Source: Methanobacterium sp. (GTDB lineage: Archaea > Methanobacteriota > Methanobacteria > Methanobacteriales > Methanobacteriaceae). From it: a DNA stretch of 26,155 nt. The notes under the pieces were generated by a model. The model was not told the DNA's origin, searched no databases, and saw only the letters and a program-made list of their open reading frames with translations. The translations under genes and the position numbers were made by a program. Below, piece after piece: positions 18,881-26,155 of the stretch. The stretch is from the NCBI GenBank assembly GCA_003166335.1, contig PMWA01000046.1, positions 10,223 through 36,377 on the forward strand, read 5' to 3'. The stretch's first letter is position 1. The number at the start of each line of letters is the position of its first letter.

Positions 18881-20026
18881 TTGGAGGGTTCAATCATACC
18901 AATTCTATTATTTGGAAGCAACCATATCGATCTTATAACCGGTAAAAAAACCACTACTATTAGAAAGTTGTGGAAAAACCCTTTATCTACAGGGGATAGA
19001 CTTCATTGTTACTGGAATTTGATTTCTAAAGAGCGTGAAAAGCTTTTTGAAGCAGAAGTAACGGAAGTTCATGTCATGAAATTTAACGAACTTAAAGAAA
19101 ATGATGAACTAGCACGTGAAGAAGGCTTTCACAATGCTCAAGAGCTGGAAACTGAATTTCACAGACTTTATCCTGATTTAGACGATAATTCTCTTTTTCA
19201 AATCGTAAGATTTCGAAAAATTCCAATTAATAAATGGGAAGGTAAAAAAATTGATGAAAAATCCATGATAACCAAAAGGGCTAATATATTATTTGATGTA
19301 GGTAAATTTAATGATTCTGTACAATGTTACAGTGCAGCATTACGTTTCGATCCTGATGACATTTATCTTTTAAATCGCAAAGGAGATAACTTATCCCGTC
19401 TTGGTCTCTTTGATGAAGCTTTAGAATGCTATGATAAAGCTCTAAAACTTGATCCTAAAAATGAATTCATCTGGAACAACAAAGCAATAGCCCTATTAAA
19501 CTCTAATAAACCAGAAGAAGCCTTACAAGCCAGCCTCCACGCATTTAACTTGAATTCTAAGAATATTTTAGTGCTTTATTGGAGAGGATTCATATTAGAA
19601 ATGCTGGGAAGATATGATGAAGCATTAAAATACTATGATAAAATATTAGAGATCGATCCATACAATCCGGATGTTTGGAATGCTCGAGGTAACATATTAA
19701 CTGAAATGGATTGTACTGAAGAAGCTGTGAAGTCTTATGATCGAGGATTAGAGCTTTGTCTTGAGGAAGCACCCGATGCATCCACTTGGAACCGGAAAGG
19801 AAATGCTTTAATGGAACTCGGACGATTTGAAGAAGCTTTGAAATGTTACAATGAAGCCCTAATTTTAAACCCTAAAAATGACGTATTCTTAAGCAACAAA
19901 GGAGTAGCTTTTATAGAATTAAACCGTTTTGAAGAAGCAATAGATTGTTTAAGAAAAGCTTTAATTATCAATCCAGCTAATGAAGATGCTCAAATTTTAA
20001 GAGACGAATGTTTAGATAATTTATGA
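18881..20026 (+). CDS. ASCH (PUA-like, YqfB-type) domain fused to 7 TPR repeats
   Basis: N-terminal GKKTTTIR, GD.L, LAREEGF, LYP; seven ~34-aa TPRs such as WNRKGNALMELGRFEEALKCYNEALILNPKN. Start uncertain: TTG 18881, or ATA 18896 after GGAGG. Confidence 0.85.
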   Translation: MEGSIIPILLFGSNHIDLITGKKTTTIRKLWKNPLSTGDRLHCYWNLISKEREKLFEAEVTEVHVMKFNELKENDELAREEGFHNAQELETEFHRLYPDLDDNSLFQIVRFRKIPINKWEGKKIDEKSMITKRANILFDVGKFNDSVQCYSAALRFDPDDIYLLNRKGDNLSRLGLFDEALECYDKALKLDPKNEFIWNNKAIALLNSNKPEEALQASLHAFNLNSKNILVLYWRGFILEMLGRYDEALKYYDKILEIDPYNPDVWNARGNILTEMDCTEEAVKSYDRGLELCLEEAPDASTWNRKGNALMELGRFEEALKCYNEALILNPKNDVFLSNKGVAFIELNRFEEAIDCLRKALIINPANEDAQILRDECLDNL

Positions 20027-20133
20027 ATTAAAAAAAATATATTGGAACGTATTGTTAAAACGTCCCTTCATGTGAATCCGTATTGATAATTACATCCTTA
20101 AAAATCTCATTTTTTTAATTTGAGGATTCTAAA

Positions 20134-20157
20134 ATAAGTTTGTGTATTCACACTTAT
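20134..20157. terminator. Possible hairpin between convergent ASCH-TPR and bioY genes
   Basis: ATAAG-tt-TGTG-tatt-CACA-CTTAT; a weaker AATCTCA...TGAGGATT inverted repeat with a T-run lies at ~20103-20128. Confidence 0.3.
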
Positions 20158-20182
20158 CTAATTAAATCTTTTATATATTCTC

Positions 20183-20833
20183 TTAGTTTCGGGAATTTCC
20201 AATATCCAACTCTCCATTGTATGCTTCTTTAGGTGTAATACTTTTAGTTAGAGCAGCTGCTCCAGCTATCTTAAAGATATCTCCAATTATGAATGGTATG
20301 AAACCTAATAAAAGCAGAGTCCAGATTCCAGGCATAGAACCCGTTGTAGTTTGAGTCCATATTCCTAGTTGAAGTAATCCCGGAATATATAAAAGCACAA
20401 AATCGGCAAATATCATTAATACGAGCATCGGGAGAAAACTCCTGGCTTTTATATATCTATCAGCGAAATAACCTAAGAATAACGCCATTAATATAAATCC
20501 AATAAGATAACCACCAGTAGCACCTATTAATGTAGTGTATCCACCATGCATTCCTGCAAACCAAGGAACTCCCACAAGTCCTATGATTATGTATATAACC
20601 ATACTAATGCCTCCCCAGTATCTTCCTAGCAGTACACCTGCCATCAAAACAGCGAATGTTTGACCAGTAACTGGTACAGGAGTCCATGGTAATGGTATAA
20701 TTATCTGCGCCATGATACCCGTGAAGCATGCTACCATAAATGCTAGTACCGCTTTATTTGCCATAGAAGTATTGGAACGCCATTTAAACAGCGAATATCT
20801 TTTTTTAAAATAATTGTCAATGGTAATTTCCAT
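20183..20833 (-). CDS. bioY: Biotin transporter BioY (ECF S-component)
   Basis: PVPVTGQTFAVL, YIIIGLVGVPWFAG, GATGGYLIGF, PFIIGDIFK; AGGAGG RBS. Confidence 0.93.
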   Translation of the reverse strand: MEITIDNYFKKRYSLFKWRSNTSMANKAVLAFMVACFTGIMAQIIIPLPWTPVPVTGQTFAVLMAGVLLGRYWGGISMVIYIIIGLVGVPWFAGMHGGYTTLIGATGGYLIGFILMALFLGYFADRYIKARSFLPMLVLMIFADFVLLYIPGLLQLGIWTQTTTGSMPGIWTLLLLGFIPFIIGDIFKIAGAAALTKSITPKEAYNGELDIGNSRN

Positions 20834-20945
20834 TATAATCCTCCTTATTTTATAAACTTGAGAATAATTTGTAAATAATAAAATCTATCTTAGAACCTAT
20901 TTTTTACACAAAAAAGAAGTTCTTTAATTACTTAGATTATAGAAA

Positions 20946-20959
20946 CTTATAAATTTTTA
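20946..20959 (-). promoter_or_regulatory. Putative BRE/TATA promoter of bioY
   Basis: Minus strand reads TAAAAA-TTTATAAG about 113 nt upstream of the bioY ATG. Confidence 0.4.
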
Positions 20960-21006
20960 TACCAGTTTTTTGAAGTAGGATAAATTAAATAATATTAACT
21001 TTTTTT

Positions 21007-22191
21007 TTAGTCCTTTACTCTTAAAATCGAGATAAAGAAAGGTATGGATATAATCTGAATCAACACTGAAAAAATCACGAGGTAAAGTATAGAGATCCCA
21101 TATAAGTACCCCATTATTACACTTCCAATAAACCATGAAACACCATAAGCCGTGTTTAAAACACCATAAGCACGACCTCGTATTTTAACAGAAGTCATTA
21201 CAGCTACTGAGGATCTCATTATAGATTCTTGAGACCCCATACTCACACCCCATATTATCATTCCAAGAAATGCTAAATAAAATCCACCTAAAAAAACTAA
21301 AGGAGCGAAAAGTGCTGATAATATAGCCACGAGGATCATTATAGGTATACCTACTTTATCGAATAATTTTCCAAAGAGTAGGGCTGCTAGAGCATCCACC
21401 CCCATAGCCACTGCATAAAAAATTGGAATTAAAGCAGGAGAAAGCAGACCTGTTTTCTGGAAATGGTAAGCAATAAGAGCGAAATCAGCAAACCCTGCTG
21501 CTATAAGAGCTATGGCAATAATGTACAGCCAGTAAGCCTTATTAAATCCTTTAGCACCTAATTGGGGAACTTTAACTTCCAAATTAGTCGGATATGGGTA
21601 TAAGAATCTGGAAATCACCAGTACTATCAATGCTAGTACAGCAGGTAATAATAGGAATGCAAATGCCATTTGATAACTCCCTCGCATATAAAGAATGACC
21701 GCTACGATTAATGGGCCGATTATTGCACCCGTCTGATCCAGAGCGTTATGTAAACCAAACCCCCATCCATGCCCCACTTGACTAGTGGCGTAAGATAACA
21801 TAACGTCTCTGGAAGGTAAGCGAATACCCCTACCCATCCGTTCAGTGATGATTAATGCTGCTGCCATTTCCCAACTTCCAGCTAATGCAAGTAATGGTAC
21901 TGCTAATAGGTTAATCATGTAACCACCAATAAGGATGCTCCAATAAGTACTAACACGATCAGTAAGGTATCCTGAGAAAAATTGAATAACATATCCCAAT
22001 AATTCTCCAAATCCCGCTACAAAACCAACTACGAATGCACTAGCACCTAAAATTGCAAGAAATGGGCCAGTTATACTACGTGAACCCTCATAAGTCATGT
22101 CTGCAAAGAGGTCCACTATTCCAATTATTATGATGAATTTAAGAGCGTTATTACGAAGAATATCTTTTATAATAGATTTTAAATTCCTCAT
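21007..22191 (-). CDS. MFS transporter
   Basis: About 12 TM segments; DLFADMTYEG.RS, SGYLTDR, ERMGRGIR.P.RD, DQTGAIIGP, FGKLFDK, RGRAYG. Confidence 0.9.
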   Translation of the reverse strand: MRNLKSIIKDILRNNALKFIIIIGIVDLFADMTYEGSRSITGPFLAILGASAFVVGFVAGFGELLGYVIQFFSGYLTDRVSTYWSILIGGYMINLLAVPLLALAGSWEMAAALIITERMGRGIRLPSRDVMLSYATSQVGHGWGFGLHNALDQTGAIIGPLIVAVILYMRGSYQMAFAFLLLPAVLALIVLVISRFLYPYPTNLEVKVPQLGAKGFNKAYWLYIIAIALIAAGFADFALIAYHFQKTGLLSPALIPIFYAVAMGVDALAALLFGKLFDKVGIPIMILVAILSALFAPLVFLGGFYLAFLGMIIWGVSMGSQESIMRSSVAVMTSVKIRGRAYGVLNTAYGVSWFIGSVIMGYLYGISILYLVIFSVLIQIISIPFFISILRVKD

Positions 22192-22208
22192 ATTATTTTT
22201 CTCACTGT

Positions 22209-22511
22209 TTAATCCATTAACTCATCAATTAACTCCTTGATTCTTAAGCGAGCCTTTTCTAATATTTCAATTCCATTAGGAGTTATACTATAATATTTTC
22301 TAATTTTACCATTCACATTCTCTTCTCTAATCGTTAAAAAGCCATCTTCTTCTAACGAATGTAAAATAGGATAAATAGTACCCGGACCAACCTCATATCC
22401 ATGTATTTTAAGTTCATCCATCATCTCTACCCCATATATCTCCTTTTTACTAGCATGATAAAGAATATGGATACGGATGAACCCCAAAAAGAATTTTCTT
22501 TCCAATGACAT
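22209..22511 (-). CDS. PadR-family transcriptional regulator
   Basis: IHILYHA, YGVEMMDEL, GTIYPILHSLEEDG, RKYYSIT; ATG at 22511 (the ORF track uses 22517). Confidence 0.92.
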   Translation of the reverse strand: MSLERKFFLGFIRIHILYHASKKEIYGVEMMDELKIHGYEVGPGTIYPILHSLEEDGFLTIREENVNGKIRKYYSITPNGIEILEKARLRIKELIDELMD

Positions 22512-22524
22512 TATCAAACCACAT

Positions 22525-22551
22525 TATCGAATATTGATATTGAATATTATA
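22525..22551. promoter_or_regulatory. Putative PadR operator (imperfect palindrome, tandemly repeated)
   Basis: TATCGAATATTGATA (22525-22539) is near-palindromic; TATYGAATATT repeats at 22525 and 22538. It lies between a TATA-like TTTAAGTA (minus strand, 22569-22576) and the padR start. Confidence 0.45.
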
Positions 22552-22657
22552 ATAGCTCAATTTTTTTATACTTAAAATTTTTCATAAAAAAAAAGAATTG
22601 TCCCTAAATTAAACAAAAAAAGAATAAAAATTAAGATAAGTTTACTAATCAAAAAAA

Positions 22658-23677
22658 TTAAACTAGCTTAGCTCGGTCATAAACATTCTTCAAAGTTTCC
22701 ATATCCACACTTGTGTAAATCTGTGTTGTACTCAAATTAGAATGTCCCAAAAGCTGTTGTATAGCTCTAATATCGACTCCATTCTTTAAAAGATGAGTGG
22801 CGAAGGAATGACGTAGAATGTGAGGAGTCACCTTTTTCCGTATTCCCGCAACCTTAGCGTAATCCTTGATCATCATCTGTACATAACGAGCTGTAAGATG
22901 ATTCCCACGACGATTTATAAAGAGATATTCACTATCATCACTTCTTTGATTTAGATAATCCTCAATAAGATTCTTAGTTATATCATCAAAAAGTACTATA
23001 CGATCTTTTTCTCCTTTTCCCCTAATTCTCATAGTCCTTTCACGCAGATCCACATTATCAATATAGAGATTAACAAGTTCAGAGACTCTTAAACCCGATG
23101 AATAAAGTAGAGCTAATATTAACTTATTCCTACGCTTTAAAAACTCATCATAAGGTGATGAAGATTCAAGAGTATGATAATTATCCAATGCATTTATTAA
23201 ACTCTGAACTTCATTTTCGTTCAAAGACTTTGGTAATGATTTAGTTCTTTTAGGAGTCTGAACTTCTTTAAGGACTCCTATTCCAGCAAATTCAAAAAAT
23301 TTCTTTAAAACAACAGTCACTAAATAAATATAATTCTGAGAAACCTTCCGTTTTCTCTTAAGATAACCTATATAACGTTTAAATGATCTTAAAATCATCC
23401 TTTCATCATAAAGTTCCTTTTCATTCTCTAAAAACTTGTTAAAATTGTTAATTATAGATTTATAAGTTTTGATAGTGTTTAATGAGTAGTTTCTAATCTC
23501 TAACTCGAAAAGATAATCTTCCATTATCTCTGGAAAATCAAAAACTTCCAGCATACTTTTACGTTTAACATAATCTTCATCTGTAATTACCTTCTGCATA
23601 TCCGCTGAACTTTCTTCAACGTTTCTCCAACTCTGCTGAGGATAAGGATTCATGTTATCAAAATTATATTCCGTCAA
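22658..23677 (-). CDS. xerA: Archaeal Xer-type tyrosine recombinase
   Basis: Full catalytic set R (SGLRVSEL), K (GKGEKDR), HxxR (HILRH), H (LLGH), Y (TQIYT); N-terminal SAM-like domain (YSLNTIKTY). Start uncertain (TTG 23677 or ATG 23653). Confidence 0.9.
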   Translation of the reverse strand: MTEYNFDNMNPYPQQSWRNVEESSADMQKVITDEDYVKRKSMLEVFDFPEIMEDYLFELEIRNYSLNTIKTYKSIINNFNKFLENEKELYDERMILRSFKRYIGYLKRKRKVSQNYIYLVTVVLKKFFEFAGIGVLKEVQTPKRTKSLPKSLNENEVQSLINALDNYHTLESSSPYDEFLKRRNKLILALLYSSGLRVSELVNLYIDNVDLRERTMRIRGKGEKDRIVLFDDITKNLIEDYLNQRSDDSEYLFINRRGNHLTARYVQMMIKDYAKVAGIRKKVTPHILRHSFATHLLKNGVDIRAIQQLLGHSNLSTTQIYTSVDMETLKNVYDRAKLV

Positions 23678-23769
23678 TCATAAAAATTATAACATCTCAT
23701 AATCCATTATTTCCAAATCATTTCCGAGATTTTTATTTAAAAAAAAATTAATTTTTTATAATTTTTTTT

Positions 23770-25269
23770 TTACATGTAACTACGATCCACATTTTCATTA
23801 GGTGATTGATTTTTCGCAGCATTCATTTGCTGTGAACTGGAAAAATCCTTTTGTATTGCATTTTCAAAGGATTTATAACGTTTTATTATCTGATCTTCAA
23901 TGGATTTAGCATTTTCAACAGCAAATAACATATGTTTATCTTCTATTAATTCACTTCCATCCATAACAGCCAAATCACCAGCCATTCTAATCATACCACC
24001 CAAATCTCTCAATCTAAGTGTTAAAGAATTTTTATGATCATCTATAACTTTACTTCTCCTTCTAGCTTCCTCTAAAACTATACGAATTGCATTTCGAGTA
24101 GCATGCGGTATTTTACCATCTATTTTTATTTCCTGAGCCACAAACTGAGCTATTTTAGCCTGATTCTCTTCAGTATCGGGCATGGTGGTTTTCATAAGAA
24201 TTTCATAACCTTCCCCCTGTATTCTTGAACGTAGAGGGGGAAGTATATATTTTATATCCCTAATGTTGCAAGCAGCTACAAAAATAAAGTCACATGGAAC
24301 GTTTTGAACTTTAACAGAACTCCCAGCACTCTGAGGATTTCTACCAACTATAGGAAAAACCTTATCCTGCATAGCACTTAAAATATAACGCTGTAAATTA
24401 GCAATATGAATTATTTCATCTATAAAAATAACGCCTTCATGAGCTTCGTGAATCGCTCCAGGCACTACTCGTTCATAAGGTTGTGTCCCCAGATCAGGAT
24501 GCCCCCCATAAGGATCATGCCGCACATCCCCTAATAATTCGGTTTCACTGGCTCCAGTAGCTTGAATAAATAGTTTTCTCTCCAGAGGCACTAATACGTT
24601 TTTTGGTTTTTCATCTACCATTTCCCTTCTTTTCTCTAAAGCCTTCTGATCCAGTATCTTAATATGCTCTCCATCCACTCTCTCATAAATTACCACTTCT
24701 TCTCGTTCACCCCGCATACGAGTAGTGGTCACTCTCTCATGGGGAACGTTTATTGGATCACTATTCATCTCAAACATGCCTAAAAGATCACCTAAATGTT
24801 TTCGTCTGGCATTTAAATGAGAGAATTTGTCACCACCACATTTAAGGCATATACTCCGATAAGCATTGTTATAACTTCCACAATGAACACATCTGAAACC
24901 TAATCTTTCTGCAACCGCCTCAGGAACATCCATAGGATTTACTATATCCCCCTCAGCCTTTTGTAAATCTTTTATATCATTTTCCATCTCTTTTCTGGTT
25001 TTAACCTCAACGAATGGTCTTTCTGGTATTTCCGGATTATGTACCACGGTTATTTCTTCGTTAGGCTCTCCCAGATGGAAAGATATGGCTTGAGCTATTA
25101 ATGATTTACCTATACCAGGAGGACCAACTAATAATAAATTTCTTCTCTGCTTAGCGGCTATTTTCACAAATTCTATAACATTTTCATGACCTATAACCCT
25201 TTCTAAGGGATCTTTAGGTATTAAAATATCTTTAGTGGTTTCTATATCATTTAAAAATTCATTATTCAT
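23770..25269 (-). CDS. LonB-related AAA+ ATPase with Zn-ribbon insert and no protease domain
   Basis: DPLERVIGHE, Walker A GPPGIGKS, LLGDVRHDPYGG, GAIHEAHEG, Walker [22 protein letters not shown]; the protein ends without the Lon Ser-Lys protease domain. Start placed at ATG 25269 (ORF track 25296). Confidence 0.85.
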   Translation of the reverse strand: MNNEFLNDIETTKDILIPKDPLERVIGHENVIEFVKIAAKQRRNLLLVGPPGIGKSLIAQAISFHLGEPNEEITVVHNPEIPERPFVEVKTRKEMENDIKDLQKAEGDIVNPMDVPEAVAERLGFRCVHCGSYNNAYRSICLKCGGDKFSHLNARRKHLGDLLGMFEMNSDPINVPHERVTTTRMRGEREEVVIYERVDGEHIKILDQKALEKRREMVDEKPKNVLVPLERKLFIQATGASETELLGDVRHDPYGGHPDLGTQPYERVVPGAIHEAHEGVIFIDEIIHIANLQRYILSAMQDKVFPIVGRNPQSAGSSVKVQNVPCDFIFVAACNIRDIKYILPPLRSRIQGEGYEILMKTTMPDTEENQAKIAQFVAQEIKIDGKIPHATRNAIRIVLEEARRRSKVIDDHKNSLTLRLRDLGGMIRMAGDLAVMDGSELIEDKHMLFAVENAKSIEDQIIKRYKSFENAIQKDFSSSQQMNAAKNQSPNENVDRSYM

Positions 25270-25294
25270 ATTCACATACACAGAGGAACCCCAC

Positions 25295-25320
25295 AAAAAA
25301 AGAGAATTTAAATTCTCTTT
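25295..25320 (-). terminator. Perfect 22-bp palindrome plus T-tract after dnaG
   Basis: AAAGAGAATTTAAATTCTCTTT (25299-25320) is self-complementary and continues into extra Ts on the minus strand, 9 nt past the dnaG stop. Confidence 0.55.
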
Positions 25321-25329
25321 AGAGTATTT

Positions 25330-26155
25330 TCATCCCGTTATAATTTTTATTTGATTAGGTTTTTTAACCATTTCATTCATTCTAACGGCTACAATATGTT
25401 TCAATCCTTTCTCTCGAGCAATATCTATAAGTCTTTGACTGATTACTCCATCAAATACCACAGCATAAACATTATTATGAACATCTTTAAGCTCATCATA
25501 AAGATTTTCCACTTTAATTTCCTTCAGAATATTCAGGGCATCATCTAAGATCTCAGCATTTCCGGAACCCTCCAAATCCTTAAGAATATTCTTTAAAACC
25601 CTTATTTTATCTTCACTTTTTGGTAGTTCTACTTTTTTAACTTTAACTCCCATGTCATGGAATAACTGTTCTACTGGTATCTTATCTCTTAAAGCCACCA
25701 TTACTTCATCTTTTGTTAAATCTTCTACTTCCTTACCTTTCGGGGCTCTAGTAACATAATCTACTTCTCCAACCTGTAACAGTTCTTTTAAAATAAGTTC
25801 TCCTCCCCGATCTCCATCTAAGAAAGCAGTTACTGTTTTATTTTTAGTTAATTCTGCCACAGTTTTAGGCACACTCACGCCTTCCACTGCAATGGCATTT
25901 TTAACCCCATAACGTAGTAAATTCAATACATCAGCTCTTCCTTCCACCACTAGTATAGCGTCAGATGAGATTACATTAGGACCTGCGGGGAGTTTTTCAT
26001 CTCCGAATTCTGTGATTTCATGTATTCTCATGGCTTCTTTAACTTCCTCTATCATTTTAAGGCTTTCAGGGGTTACTTCTTCCATCATTCCTTTGTAGAG
26101 TTCTTTAGCACGATCTACCACTTTTCTTCTTTTCACTGCTCTTACATCTTCTACT
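25330..26155 (-). CDS. dnaG: Archaeal DnaG (TOPRIM; exosome-associated), 5' end outside the window
   Basis: VVEGRADV, FLDGDRGG, RAPKGKEVE, VFDGVISQRL. The frame stays open to the right edge (VEDVRAVKRRKVV...). Confidence 0.93.
   Translation of the reverse strand, partial: VEDVRAVKRRKVVDRAKELYKGMMEEVTPESLKMIEEVKEAMRIHEITEFGDEKLPAGPNVISSDAILVVEGRADVLNLLRYGVKNAIAVEGVSVPKTVAELTKNKTVTAFLDGDRGGELILKELLQVGEVDYVTRAPKGKEVEDLTKDEVMVALRDKIPVEQLFHDMGVKVKKVELPKSEDKIRVLKNILKDLEGSGNAEILDDALNILKEIKVENLYDELKDVHNNVYAVVFDGVISQRLIDIAREKGLKHIVAVRMNEMVKKPNQIKIITG

Noticed and set aside
8524..19781. Many short minus-strand ORFs (e.g. 11060..11305, 13597..13929, 15951..16211, 19590..19781)
   Set aside because: All overlap confident plus-strand genes and have shadow-like composition.
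20870..20908. BirA-like half sites TGTAAAT...TTTTACA upstream of bioY
   Set aside because: The 25-nt spacer is far from the 14-16 nt typical of BirA operators, and both halves are degenerate.
20931..20958. dif-like 11-6-11 candidate CTTAGATTATA-GAAACT-TATAAATTTTT
   Set aside because: Only 6 of 11 arm positions are complementary, and it coincides with the likely bioY TATA box. A similar weak candidate at ~6054-6081 (7 of 11) was also dropped. No convincing XerA dif site was seen.
22658..23677. Tyrosine recombinase as the integrase of a provirus or integrated element
   Set aside because: No adjacent tRNA, att-like direct repeats or viral/plasmid genes seen; sequence and housekeeping context fit XerA.
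25351..25548. 65-aa plus-strand ORF
   Set aside because: Antisense to dnaG.
1..26155. tRNA, rRNA, CRISPR array or IS element
   Set aside because: Intergenic regions are short and very AT-rich, with no GC-rich structured blocks, regularly spaced repeats or transposase fragments seen by eye; a covariance-model scan would be needed to exclude small ncRNAs.

Overview
AT-rich archaeal chromosomal window, most consistent with a Methanobacteriales methanogen (Methanobacterium-like): GGTGA/GGAGG ribosome-binding sites, oligo-T tracts, and archaeal markers rpl40e, rps3ae, tsr3, GGGP synthase, apgM, xerA and archaeal dnaG. Left block (minus strand): partial DUF169 gene, GGGPS, rpl40e, tsr3, a HEAT-repeat protein, an AEC transporter and a ChlI/ChlD-type chelatase (AAA+ plus vWA). 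Middle accessory block: an unannotated 50-aa Zn-ribbon microprotein coupled to a hypothetical protein, DUF116, a heavily decayed SAM-methyltransferase pseudogene, Isf-type flavoprotein, SAM methyltransferase, NifX/NifB-family protein and flavodoxin. Next comes a housekeeping run: rps3ae, DUF92, apgM, glmM, glmU, gamma-carbonic anhydrase, hisC, NrdG-like radical SAM activase and an ASCH-TPR fusion. Right block (minus strand): bioY, MFS, padR, xerA, a LonB-like ATPase without a protease domain, and partial dnaG. I saw no rRNA, tRNA, CRISPR array or IS element. The strongest leads are (1) a YqfB-like ASCH domain that appears to retain the N4-acetylcytidine amidohydrolase catalytic residues, fused to 7 TPRs; (2) slippery A-runs in the chlD linker that would give a ChlI-sized product by frameshifting; (3) a protease-less Lon ATPase with a Zn ribbon between dnaG and xerA; (4) the Zn-finger microprotein and its coupled partner. 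All family assignments come from motif recognition by eye; no searches were run.
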